Positions 1 through 11,830 of a DNA stretch of 64,000 nt are shown here, piece by piece. The stretch is from Yuukianura sp. NJ FZ-2021 (taxonomy: Eukaryota). The stretch covers positions 6,200,001-6,264,000 of the forward strand of contig CM102286.1 in the NCBI GenBank assembly GCA_046563655.1, given 5' to 3'. The first letter of the stretch is position 1. Each line of letters starts with the position of its first letter. The notes under the pieces are model-generated. The model ran no database searches and was not told the origin of the DNA. It saw nothing but the letters and a program-made list of their open reading frames with translations. Position numbers and translations under genes: made by a program.

Positions 1-1449
1 TGCCAACATTTACAATCTCCTCTAAGCCATGGATGATCAATTAAATTCTGTTTCTTTGACTTCAAGGGCACCCTGACACTAAATCCTTCCTTGGAGAAAT
101 CTCTTGGACTTGGAATGATGAAGATGAATGCCACAAGCTAACATGTACAATGGCTCACACAAGTTTTTGGGATATCAACACACGAAACGTTTTCAAGAGC
201 CTCCCCATAGTAATATCCTCCGGTTTGACGTGCGAACAGAATTGTGTTTGTAATAATACATAAAATGAAGAGGATCTACCTGTTGTTACCTTGATACTTT
301 TTAACGCCTCATAGCCTTACCACTACCAAAACTTTTACATCCTTCGTCCTGCTGCTGTTGCTAGGTTAGGAATTTTTTTTTATCCTGGCTCGACAGTCTC
401 ATCAAAACTTGTTCAAGTTTATAACAACGCTTTGGACACTACACAAAGGAATTGGAGTCTCAAACCTGTCCACGTTCATGTAAAGGAAGCAGCAGGTGTA
501 TTACAAAATAAAACAAACTTGGCAATTGTACTGGGCAAATTATGATGTCACAAAAAAACTGAAATTTGATTCCTTAATTTCAAAAGAATTTGAGAAAACA
601 AATTCACGTAGACTCAGCGCACCTCCGCTCCCAGTTTCAGTCAATGGACATTTCGGTCGTCCGACCGAAAGTGACATTTGGACATTTCGGACCGACGCCT
701 TTCAGTAGTATACTGAAATGCCCGAACTCATTTTAACATTATAGAAAGCACGGTTGAGGGTATGGTTAAGGTTACCACATATCGCATGAGCATACCGTGT
801 ACGCATTTTGGTCGGACTCGATCATATCAGTCGTTTCAAACATTTCAGACAAAAATTTGAAGAAGTGACCGAAACCGGGAACACTGTATGCCTGTTGCGA
901 TCAAACTTGACTTGGGAAAGACTGTCAGAAATTTCTTCATGAATAAAAAACTCCAGCATAATTGTAATTTAGGCTAACCAAGTTATGAATTTGTGAACAA
1001 ACTAGCCTATCAAAAATAATCAAAAAATCAAAGAATGAATTAATAAATTCAGTTCTGGAGGATTTTGTTGATCAATGAAGATAATGACGGAACCAAATGC
1101 AAAGGCTTCCAAGGTCTTACATACTACAACTCCAAAGCATTGTTCAATTTTTTATACTGTACAAAACAAAGGACAGCTTCAGTAGTACTTTAAGATCGTC
1201 AGAATAACAGCAAGTGAACAACGTGTTGGGCTTATGCAATGCTAACCATCTTTCCGTCACGTTTACTGGGGAAGAAGGCGAGTCTTTCCTACACTCCGTG
1301 TCCATCTAGAATCTCTAAAACTATCCTGACAACAGTTATTCTCTAATATACTAAAAGTCCAAAGTAAAAATGACTGTCTAGGCAGTCATTTCAGTTTAGA
1401 CTTTTAGGTTTTGAATTCAGAGAAAAGTATTTGAAAGAAACATTATGAA

Positions 1450-4400
1450 ACTTTAACATCATCTTCATCGCATCATCATTGCGCGTCTTCTCTCCCGCCC
1501 TTCTAACGAACCTCGCAAAGATTTTTAAATACCTCTTCATCATCATCATGAACAGAGAGCAAGTTGTTCAGATGCCAAATCTCCAATGCATCATTTTTGC
1601 TCCTCTTTTTTAATTTTTTCCCCCGTTTGTACCATGTTCACGGCCGTTGTGCTTTAATTCCTGCTCGTCGTTACAACTATAAAACTAAAAACAGAACAAA
1701 ATTACTTTACTCATAACATTTCCACTTTCCTGTTTGTGTAAAATAAAGAAACAAAAACGCTCGGCTCCGGACGGAAGTTGGAGCACTTGAAGCCACGTAT
1801 TTTTAAAATTCAAAGAAAAATGTCAGTGAAGGGGGCAGGATAGGCAAGAACAATGGGCTAATAGCAAAGGGAGTTCTCTGTTCCATGATTTAAAGCACTG
1901 ATAAGGGATTTTTATTCTAAAATTTAATGTTATGCTGATGAATACTTTGTATTTTAACACAGGAGCTTCAACCAGCACAACCAACAAGCATTAAATGTTT
2001 AAAATCTCCTCCCATTTCAGCAGTTCAACAAATAACAATGTCATGGTTAGCCCAAATTTAATGTCGTAATTACTCATTAACTGGTATATCTTTTTAAACA
2101 TCGCAACAAATAAAGTTAATACTTCAAGCTGTGAGGAAATTTTAAATGTTTCTACGTCATATGTTTATGTTATTTGAAAGTATTTTAACTAGGGCTTATG
2201 CGACAAAGAATTATTCGACTCTACTCCACAATTACACTGCCTACATTTTCGATTTTCGTAGTTGCCGAAATCAACAGGAATAATGCAGTTCAAGATGTAT
2301 AATTTTGAAAACTTTGCATTTAAAAAAGTGACCACTTGAAAAAAAAAAGAAGAAATTACCGCTGAAGTGTATTCAGCATAAGTGGCAGCGGCTTTATTAT
2401 CCTAAATCGATAAACAGCTAGCGCTGTGCCTCAAATGTAAAATCAGCGTATTTGAAATTGAAAATTGGTCTCTATAGTTGAGTAAACAACACTGTAAAAC
2501 ACAATATATTCACACTAATATCAATATATTGTGTAGTTAGTTACTCGTTTGAACGTGCAAATGACTCCTAACAGAGTAAGCATTTACCCTTAAGTGGAAT
2601 AACCTAAATTCAAAATCAATGAGTGAATCATGCATGCTACCCTTCAGATCGAACGACTTTTGTTTGTCAAGCACTATGTTCGGCGTTAATTTGATTTGGC
2701 AGCGAACGATACAGAGTTAACTGCTGTGTTGCTATTTGAAGCAGCCTATTGATCGCATTTATGCCAAATCAGACAAACGCGTGACAACGACAGTGCTGAA
2801 TCTGCATTTACTAGAAGATTGTCGTGTTCGATTTGTAAATTGCTCCGACAGCAATTTGTGAAGAAAGAGGCTCTGTTGTGAAATCGGAGTTCACGTTCCG
2901 ATATGTGCCATTAAACTCCTTAACTTTAAATTAATATGAGAGAAAAGTAGACTTACAAGTTAATATCTAGCACTGATGCTGGAATCTCCTCCAGGACTTG
3001 AATCGTACCACTCCGAACTCCCGCTTATTAGTTTGATGCTCAAGCTTGTCACTAGCAGCCTCTTCTTTGTCATTTCTCATCGTCATTGACTGTCTCTTCG
3101 ATGATACGCACGCGGAACACTTCCTCGATCAGATGAATTGATAAGTCTGTAGCCAATGTGTCATTCTTGAAAATTGGCTGGAGAAGCGATGCGATGAAAA
3201 ATTAGTCAATATTTTCCAGAGTACAATGCGACGTCACGTCCACCAGTTGACCCTCCTCGGTTGCCACTCAGTGACTCTGTTTGGGGTGTACGAGATAAGT
3301 TATGACGAGTCCTTCACATTCTTAAATCCGCCAGTTACAACTAAAAACAAAGTTATAAGAAAGATATTTAGTATTTACTTGGATAAGCCAAAGTTATGAG
3401 CGGCCGTAGCCTTAAAATAAGTTACTAGGAGGATTGTGTACAAGTAATTGGGTGATAGTAGCTAAGCTACAAGCTAGTAAAAGTTACCTTTTGGAGTCAG
3501 ACGTTTGACGACTGGGATGTGTTGGTTTTACGGTGATGTTGTTTCACTCCCGAGCACTTGACTTGGACTCTCTGCTCGACGCAGATTGGTTTCGGTGTAC
3601 GAGGAGGAAGAAGATGAGGAGCTCGAGCGAGTAGTGGTATAGTAGATGAGATGATGTCTTTGTACTTCTCGAGATGTACAGAAGGGTTAAACGAGTAAGA
3701 ACGGCGGAGGGAAAGAAGTTTCTGTAGCTACGTCTACGACATGAAATCCACTTCGGCTTAAGTGGATGGCTCACACTTTGCTATGTTACTATCACCAGGG
3801 CACCTCAAGTTGAAAAGAGTCAATGGAACTTGGAAGTTATATGGAAGGAGACACAGTGGACTCGTCTGTCGTCGTCTTCTGAAAATGAACAACACGCAAG
3901 GATAGTCAACCTCCCCTACTAACATCACCCACCCATTGAGCCATCGATCCCGAAAACTTTTACTTTTACTCACCCTACATTACACTTATGCTTTCCCCGA
4001 ACTTTCGCCTGGGCTTAGCCAAAACGACGTCCACGTCCTGCCGTCCTTCTTTTAGAGTCAAAGCAATGACGGAGACTAGTAGAGACGCACAAAGTACAAC
4101 CTAACGTTAATAACCGCGAAACAGCCCTCTCCGCCCCGTGATTGGATAGTAGGAAATGTAACAGTCTCTAACGTTTGTGCTGGGTCAGCCAGGCTTCTGT
4201 ACGTCGAGGGGCCGTTAATCGTAGCTTCTTCGTTTGAGCTGGAGTGTCTGACACCGCCCGGCTTTCTGGAAGGACAACTGCAAGTCGACTCGAAAAGACT
4301 GAAAAAGAAAATGATTCAAAATTGATTAGAAAACAAGTTTCCTACTTCCGTTTCCGATCCAAAGACTCGAATTTACTATAACCTTTTGCTTATTCCTGTC

Positions 4401-5280
4401 TGCGAGGTTTGTTGGGTGCGTTGATGAAAGCAACCGATTTCTGAATAAAAACTTCACCGCTTCCGTTTACAGAATGCTTTTTTCTACCAAAAAAAAATTT
4501 CAATATGGAAATATCATTCATTAATTTTTTCCGTCTCATCTCCCCGTGTAAGGTGTACATCCGCCGTGTTATTCCAACTTGCCATCATTCCATCCCCTAT
4601 ATGTCCTCTGTAAAGTAATAATTAAAATTAAAGTTAGTAAGTAACATGGACTTGGACTTACCGACTTCGAAACACTTGCTCTCACTTCACGTCCCTAGAT
4701 TTGGCTTTAAATAACCAATTGTTAATTCCACTTAACGACTAGGGACTAGAAACTTAAGCACGTTTCGAACAAGAAATTGACATTTGGCAGGCAAGGCATG
4801 CGGCAGCGGCATGGCATGGCAATTCGAATTCCAATTCCACTTATCGTCACCCTTTTCGTTATCAAAGAATTCAAAATTTCGAGGGAAAGCATGTTGTTCT
4901 AAAACATTCAAGCTGTTCACCGCTTCACTTCAATTAAGTACACCTAACGTTTTTGGGCATGAACTGCAGTACATTGTTTATAGTTTATGGCACGACGGTT
5001 GACAGCTTATGCATTGCAATTGCAAGCACTAAATTTAAAAACCGAATGCGAAATACTAACTCACTGATAACCAGATAATGTTAACTCGGACACTTTCCAA
5101 TCACACAAAGTCGTTAAAGGTTTCCTTCATTTTTTACAGTTTTTCTGATGTCCAACTCCGAAAAAGCAAAAGGAGTGAGAGAAGGAGTTTTTGTGTCTCC
5201 ACTTCGTTTTGATTTCACTTTCTCCAGAGCGTCTCTGCTAATCTAATGGAGACTTTCACTTTCAAGCAAAAGTCAATCAG
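1450..5280 (-). pseudogene. Possible decayed multi-exon gene or spliced ncRNA of unknown family
   Basis: GC-richer blocks are bounded by minus-strand donor/acceptor motifs (near 2952, 3341, 3485, 3970, 4299, 4658, 4943, 5060), but the frames examined contain stops. Confidence 0.35.
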
Positions 5281-6118
5281 TGAAGAATTTACGATTATTC
5301 TACATATTTTCTAGTCAGGATTATTAGGACAACATAACTAGTAATCGGTAGTGAAGAAACAACTGAGAACTCGTAGGTTCCAACGATAAAATGGCCGGCG
5401 TCTTAAGAATTAATAAAAAAAATTGTTACAAAAACAAAGTAGTACTATCGAATTTATTCATGAGAAATTACAATTTGCAAAGTTAGAACTGCACCGCACA
5501 CCGAACCGACCCTTCACGGCATAACAAAAACATTTCAAAAACTGCACATCACATGCGTTCTTACGTCAAAACACAAACCATTTAAAGTAAGAACCCTTAA
5601 AAGATAGTCAGACAAACCCCGAGAAAGTATGGTAATCTTTTACCTTATTCACAATCACAATCATAAGAAATTTAGGATTAGGATTAGGAATAGGATTCCC
5701 CGTGATTCCTAGCTCAAACTCCCCATCTAGACTTGTAAAGAAAATACAGAGTCTAGGTTGCCTAGCCAAAGAGGGCAGACAAGTAGCAAATGCCAAATAC
5801 GGTGGCAGGGTAGCCTGGTTCCCCAAAATTCGTCACTATTTTCTAGCTTTCCCGCTTCCGTAATGTTTCACGTCTTTGAAATGATTTCGGAGAACAAGAT
5901 CAGAATCACAGGCTTGTTGATGTTGTCTTGGCAACAGTAAACTCCTTCATTTGAATTTTCATACGATAGCAACAACCAACCAAGTCTTCCGGTATGATTG
6001 TCTGATTTCGGGATTCTTCCTTCTTCAAAAATTCTGTGAAATAATTTCGAAACTTTTGCAACTTCTTTTTTGGCAGAAACAGGAAACTTATCATTGAATC
6101 AAGAATTGACAGGTCAAA

Positions 6119-7275
6119 ATGGATCTCAGAATGAAGTACTGCATGCCACATGAGGGTGACACTGAAGATGAACAGAAGCGTCATGCCAAATGGGCCACCG
6201 CACCATTCGAACTGGGCCTCAATTCAGGCCCTTTTCACTACATGATCAGATCAAGTACCCATCATCATCATTTTCTCACCAAGCGACATAGTTGACTAAA
6301 ACAAAAGTTTTCTCTAGGTGGGTACGGAGAACTCTACGATGGCATTCCCTGGAAGGTCATGTTCGGGGCTGCCGTGGACAAAGACCGTAGTGGTTTTGAC
6401 CGAAGTGCGCTGGTATGTCGCTACAGAAATGGCGTTCTGATTCACAATTGGCTCGAAGAAGGACGCGATCGGGAAGCTGTGAAGTTCAGTCGGACAGCAC
6501 CAATCTCTCAGGTACTAAAAAGAAAATTCCAATTTTTTTGCAGATCGGATTTCAGTTTCTTTAAATTTCAAAATACCCTATGACCTCTGTGTAACACAAC
6601 TCTCCGTTCCCCCAATATTTACAACGCATCACTTCCCCACATCCTCCTCCTCTTCCCAGATTCAATTTCATAAAAATGTACAACCTTCTGCCCATATCAT
6701 ATTTTCAAAATGTATAAAAACAGGCTCATTCTTCTTTGGAAAATTAATTTCTGTAGAAGGTTTTCACATCAACTCTACGCATGATTGTTCTGCTACGTTA
6801 TTCAACAAAAGTATCAACTTACCCAACCACTTTTCCCAGAATGTTTAAAAATATTAAGTTTAAAATACCAAAATTTCATAAAAATATCAAGATAAAAAAA
6901 TTGCCTTTCAATTTTTGTAGTATGGGCATCTCTACCGGACGACTTATGGAACTACGATCGGCAAGAAATATGTTTGTAACGAACAGACTCCTGCTATGCG
7001 TCAAATTTCTGGTTAGAACAATCCAAAGCTGCTGAAAACGTGTTTTCAAAATTTTAAATTTCCCGATAACTTTCTAATTTTTAAAATTTTCAGAGTTTGC
7101 CAAAAATGCATTTCCTGGTCATCAACCTGAACTAGATGTGGACAGAATTCGTTGTTGCCAAAAGAAGCCAGAGACTTGCATTGACAGTGAGAAATTAGAC
7201 GCCTGCTTTGCTGCAGAAGCTCACGAAAAACGAGTCCAAAAACTGGCTCCGCCCTCAATTTCTTCCGCTCGTTAA
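6119..7275 (+). CDS. CFAP68: Cilia- and flagella-associated protein 68 (C11orf1/UPF0686 family), 4 exons: 6119-6254, 6318-6511, 6921-7011, 7094-7275
   Basis: GT-AG splicing gives one open frame MDLRMKYC...HYMIRSSGYGELYDGIPW...YRNGVLIHNWLEE...PISQYGHLYRTTY...AFPGHQPELD...SSAR*. The motifs GxGE, YxxxxLxxNW, SQ(F/Y)GHx(F/Y)xTTY and FPGHQPELD match CFAP68 as recalled. Confidence 0.88.
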
Positions 7276-8203
7276 TTCCAACATTAAAATCTCAATTTAA
7301 ACATCATGAATAATTAACAATAATTGAAAAAAACAGTTTTATGCGAATTTGATTTGATAAAAAGTAATTTGTGAATTCAAATAACAACATTTTAGTCGAA
7401 AAAGTGGAAAACATTGACAAAGAGTTTTTGTTTGTAATTCTTTGTGGCTTTGTGTCATTCTAAAAGTAATTTAACACTGGAATATGAAAGTGATACATGC
7501 AGCTCTACATTACATAGTAATGATGGTGCGATGGATTTAAAAGTTTTTTGAATGTGGTGACTCAAATTTTGTTCCAAATTTTAATGGCGCCATAGCCTTT
7601 TTTGTTTAAAATTTTCTGTAGGCAGTTAAATTACTACGTTTTTGCTTACTTTTCATCCGAAAATTATTTATTTGCATATGGGACTGATAAATACAAAGTT
7701 TAAAAAAATTCCAGGATTTGGTAATGATCCAGCGGATTAAATTTCTTTTTCAAATTTAAAACTTTGAAGCCTTACATTCTTTCTGCTTTGAGATGAGATC
7801 CTTTTGATAATGATCTTCCATCTTGATTTTTAAAATTTCAAAATCCAAGTCATAGATACGAGGGGTATCTGAAAAGAAAAAAAGTGGGGGAAGACTTTTG
7901 AAGTAATTATAATAAAATCATCTTTTCCTGGTATCCGCTTTCACCTCCCATTTTTTTGTGAGTAATGAAATATTAATAACATTAATCAAAAATAAGACTT
8001 GGTCTTAACCAAGGTAACTAGAATACTTATAGGTACGGTCCCTAAAAATTGTTTTTTTCAAAACTGAGTTGCTATGGAATTTTTTTCACTCCGAGTTCAC
8101 TCATTTACAGTGCTGTTCAACATTTTCACCATTTTAGTCTCAATACTTTCGCCGCAAACATAAAAATAGCTGAAAAACTCGGATGAACCTGTATTTTCAC
8201 CCG

Positions 8204-8635
8204 CACAGTGGGGTAGATTCATACAAACAACGACAAGTGTTTCGAGGGAAACAAATTAATTTTTGCAAAATACGCAATTATGGAGGCCAAACAGTTGCAA
8301 AATTGTCGACATAGTAACTGTAAACATTGCGCGCTTTCAAGTTTTATGCGTGGTGACCTAGGTTACCCCTCATAGACACAATTTTAGCCCAAATTCAAAA
8401 ATCGGTTAAAAATAGTAAAATGGCATAGTGGTGCCAAGTGGTGGTCGGACTTGGTACGTCATGGTGTCTAGTTTTTATTCCAATATCCAGATTACCTGTG
8501 CGTTCCAGAGAATTTCGGAGATTTCGATCTTAGTAAATCCCGATTTGTGCATTCATTTTTAATGTAATTGCAAAAATTAACTCAACGTTTCCCCTAACAA
8601 CCGTGGCGTGTTATTTTTGATTCTGCCCCACTGTG
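8204..8635. mobile_element. Non-autonomous Transib-like element (MITE), 432 bp
   Basis: Imperfect TIRs CACAGTGGGGTAGATTCATACAAAC and (rc) CACAGTGGGGCAGAATCAAAAATAAC. Exact 5-bp TSD ACCCG at 8199-8203 and 8636-8640. No ORF. Confidence 0.85.
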
Positions 8636-8747
8636 ACCCGGAGTGACGTCATTGCGAGTGAAATTGTAAACAACTCAAGAATCGGTTTTGGTCGCTAAGG
8701 CATTTTTGCCACCCCCTGGGTCTTAATAACAATTATTTTTAAATATA

Positions 8748-9882
8748 CAGTGAGTGCCACGAAAACCTGCACACCCTAAATTTGTTTCCATGGTAACAAC
8801 TCAAACTATGGAGGAAATCCTGTTCCTACACAACCTGAGTTGAGAATTCGAATTAGAGAGTAATTGCAAACCGAAATACAAAGCGGAAATATGAAATATG
8901 GAACTTATTGCACAGCTTGCACGAAGAAAATTAAACTGTTGTTAAATTAAACAACATGTCAAACTGGAAAATTGTTTATGTGCGCAGTTTATGCGCAGTT
9001 TGTGCGCAGTTAGTGCGCAGTTAGTGCGCAGTTTCTGCGCAGTTAGTGCGCAGTTGGTGCGCAGTTGGTGCGCAGTTTCTGCGCAGTTAGTGCGCAGTTT
9101 CTGCGCAGTTGGTGCGCAGTTGGTGCGCCGTTGGTGCGCAGTTTGTGCGCAGTTGGTGCGCAGTTAGTGCGCAGTTAGTGCGCAGTTTCTGCGCAGTTAG
9201 TGCGCAGTTGGTGCGCAGTTGGTGCGCAGCTGGTGCGCAGCTGGTGCGCAGCTGGTGCGCAGTTTCTGCGCAGTTAGTGCGTGCGCAGTTGGTGCGCAGT
9301 TGGTGCGCAGCTGGTGCGCAGTTGGTGCGCAGTTAGTGCGCAGTTGGTGCGCAGTTAGTGCGCAGTTGGTGCGCAGCTGGTGCGCAGTTGGTGCGCAGTT
9401 AGTGCGCAGTTGGTGCGCAGTTAGTGCGCAGTTGGTGCGCAGTTAGTGCGCAGTTGGTGCGCATTTGGTGCGCAGTTAGTGCGCAGTTGGTGCGAAGTTG
9501 GTGCGCAGTTAGTGCGCAGTTGGTGCGCAGTTGGTGCGCAGTTGCTGCGCAGTTGGTGCGCAGTTGGTGCGCAGTTGCTGCGCAGTTGGTGCGCACAAGT
9601 CAATTTTGCCAATCAGCGAATTCTTCTTCCTGTATTCTATATTTCTAATCGAAATGTAGAACTTTTCTTTATTTCTCATAATCGCAAAATATAGAATATG
9701 GAGCATTCCATTCTATATTTTATATTCATATTCTATAAACTCTATAAAGTGAGTTGAAATTACTCTCTAATATTTAGACAGGATTTTGTTAGGTTGTTTT
9801 GTGCAGCATGTTTCCCCCCAGATTTCGCAAAATAAACAAAATAATTACTGTGGAGGTGTGCAGGTTTTCGTGGCACTCACTG
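8748..9882. mobile_element. Non-autonomous Tc1/mariner-type element carrying an internal minisatellite
   Basis: Perfect 28-bp TIRs CAGTGAGTGCCACGAAAACCTGCACACC (8748-8775, rc at 9855-9882), flanked by TA on both sides. Subterminal inverted motif ATTAGAGAGTAATT / AATTACTCTCTAAT. Confidence 0.9.
8980..9595. repeat. 11-bp minisatellite GTGCGCAGTT(G/A/T), roughly 55 copies
   Basis: Tandem units are directly visible and generate the repetitive ORFs at 9109-9706. Confidence 0.97.
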
Positions 9883-9981
9883 TATATACTTATAAGTGAA
9901 TGTCGAAGATAATTTTTCAACTTATCTCACTTTGAGTAAAATAAAAATAGAAATATGGACGAATATGGTTTATTTTGGGCA

Positions 9982-10505
9982 GGGTTCCCTGCCATTGTTG
10001 CGAATGAATTGCTACGAAGCGTAATGCTAGGAATAAATTGCCACGAAACCAATTGCTACGAAAGGTACTTTGCTGCGAAACCGCATTACCTCGAAACCAA
10101 TTACTGTGAAAGCTTAATTGCTGCGAAAGGTGAATTACAACGAAAGCCGAAATGGAAACACAAGTACTTTCGAAGGAAAAATTTTACCGTTGTATACTAT
10201 TTTTGAAAACTCTGAGAAGACACTACTACATGTACCTTTTGATGACAAAAAAAATTGACCGGAAATCAAAAACCCATGTATAATTTTTTTTTTTCAAAAT
10301 TTCAAAAATGTTGTCGTAGCAATTAAGATTTCACAGGAATTAAAGCTCTTCCAGGAATTAAACTTTCGCAACAAGTCTTCGCAGCAATTGCTTTCGAGGC
10401 GATTCAGTTTTGCAGCAAAGTTCCATTCGTAGCAATTGATTTCATGGAAATTCATTCGTAGTGTTGCGCTTCGTAGCAATTCCTTCGCAGCCGTAGCGTG
10501 CTACC
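9982..10505. mobile_element. Foldback/Mutator-like MITE with long modular inverted arms
   Basis: Left arm (about 9982-10150) is built of ~15-bp AATTGCTRCGAA units and is mirrored by TTCGYAGCAATT units at about 10310-10505. TTTTGGG on both flanks may be a degraded TSD. Confidence 0.7.
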
Positions 10506-10949
10506 TTTTGGGTTTTTTCGGCAGTACGAACTGTCATTCACCATCAATCAAAATCGTTTTCAACCTATATTTTTCATGAGGGAACTTTCAGTTCATGTCA
10601 CTGCAAAAATTATTTACTTTAAAAGCGGGTGATTGACATCCAGATTTCAACAATATGAGATGACTCCATTAAACTTTCAATATTTTTTACACCTTCGTTT
10701 TTATAAAAATTATAAACATTTCAAAACATTCGGTTGTACTTCGTTCGTTAGAAAAATACCCGCCATATTTCGCTCCTTAAAAATAATTGCTTTAAGTTTT
10801 TCTTTGTTGCAAGTGAACGTTCAAACGGTAAGCGTTAAGCCGTTGAAGGTAATTTTCTAATTAGTTCGAAAAAAACGCTACGTAATTTATTTTATTTAAT
10901 TAAATGCAGCATTGTATCTTTTGGCTTATGTGCATAAACTTGTAGACAG

Positions 10950-11830
10950 ATGGCTGACCGCCGTTGTGTTGCCGTGTTGGTGCTTTCTCTAGTGGTTACA
11001 AATGTACCAACGCAATCAAAACTTCGTTTTTTTTAAACAAAAAATCTTTTTTTGAAGATTCTGATTTGTTTTACTTTTTGCCATTGTTTGATGTTTATAG
11101 GCTTCACTTCGAAAATCTACGGACGTATTTGGAAGCTACAATCCTTGCAGTGTCATCATCGATTTGAGAACGCCTTTGGACGATATCTGTGGAAACATTG
11201 TTCCATCTGACAAGTTCTTCACTTCCAAAAATCCCGTTTACACTTCCTGCAAAAATCATTCTTCGATTGAATATTCCTTTTACAACTTACTCTGCACCAT
11301 TAATTACGTACAGGTAAGACCCACTTAAAGATAAAGTTACATAAAGTTACTTAAAGATAAAGTTGTATGTTAGTAATTTTCACCAAATTATGAAAAAAGT
11401 TAAAAAATTGCACGTATATACGTTTGTTGAACGACTTTTCAAACCTTCCTTAGGATTCCAGACATTATCCCAACAGCATTTATAACGATGGAAAACGGAT
11501 TCCAAGGAATCCCAAGCCTAAAATCTGTCGACCAATTGGGATGGACAATTGTTACAGAGCTTGTATATATGGTTGGACAGAGTACACCACGGTCTATGCC
11601 AATGGAATCACTTATGGATTTAGAAATAACACGGCCTATGCTTGCAAAGTTGATAAAAAGACGCTTTGTACCTGTGTAACGGTAAAAATCCATCAATTAA
11701 ATATACAGCGTTACTTGTTCAATGAATTTAAAGCCATTTTTTAGTTCTTAAACTTTTATATTTCATGTAGGTGGCTTACCCTCTTCGTGGACCAAATCCA
11801 ATATTACCAAAACTTGAATCGCTTCAATGA
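10950..11830 (+). CDS. Secreted cysteine-rich protein of unknown family (~184 aa), 4 exons: 10950-11003, 11101-11313, 11454-11681, 11771-11830
   Basis: Three phase-0 GT-AG introns join an uninterrupted frame: signal-peptide-like MADRRCVAVLVLSLVVTNA, then ...NPCSVII...DICGNI...KICRPIGMDNCYRACIYGW...YACKVDKKTLCTCVT...LESLQ*. Confidence 0.75.

Noticed and set aside
625..887. Possible small MITE (CCCAGTTTCAGTCA ... TGACCGAAACCGGGAACACTG)
   Set aside because: The left end is too degenerate and no TSD can be confirmed.
5672..5697. TTAGGA repeats resembling arthropod telomeric TTAGG (also CCTAA-like run near 63180-63215)
   Set aside because: Only 3-4 imperfect units, too short to call interstitial telomeric sequence.
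9109..9706. Repetitive ORFs (VRSWCAVGAQL / RTNCAPTAHQL)
   Set aside because: These are translations of the 11-bp minisatellite, open in several frames on both strands.
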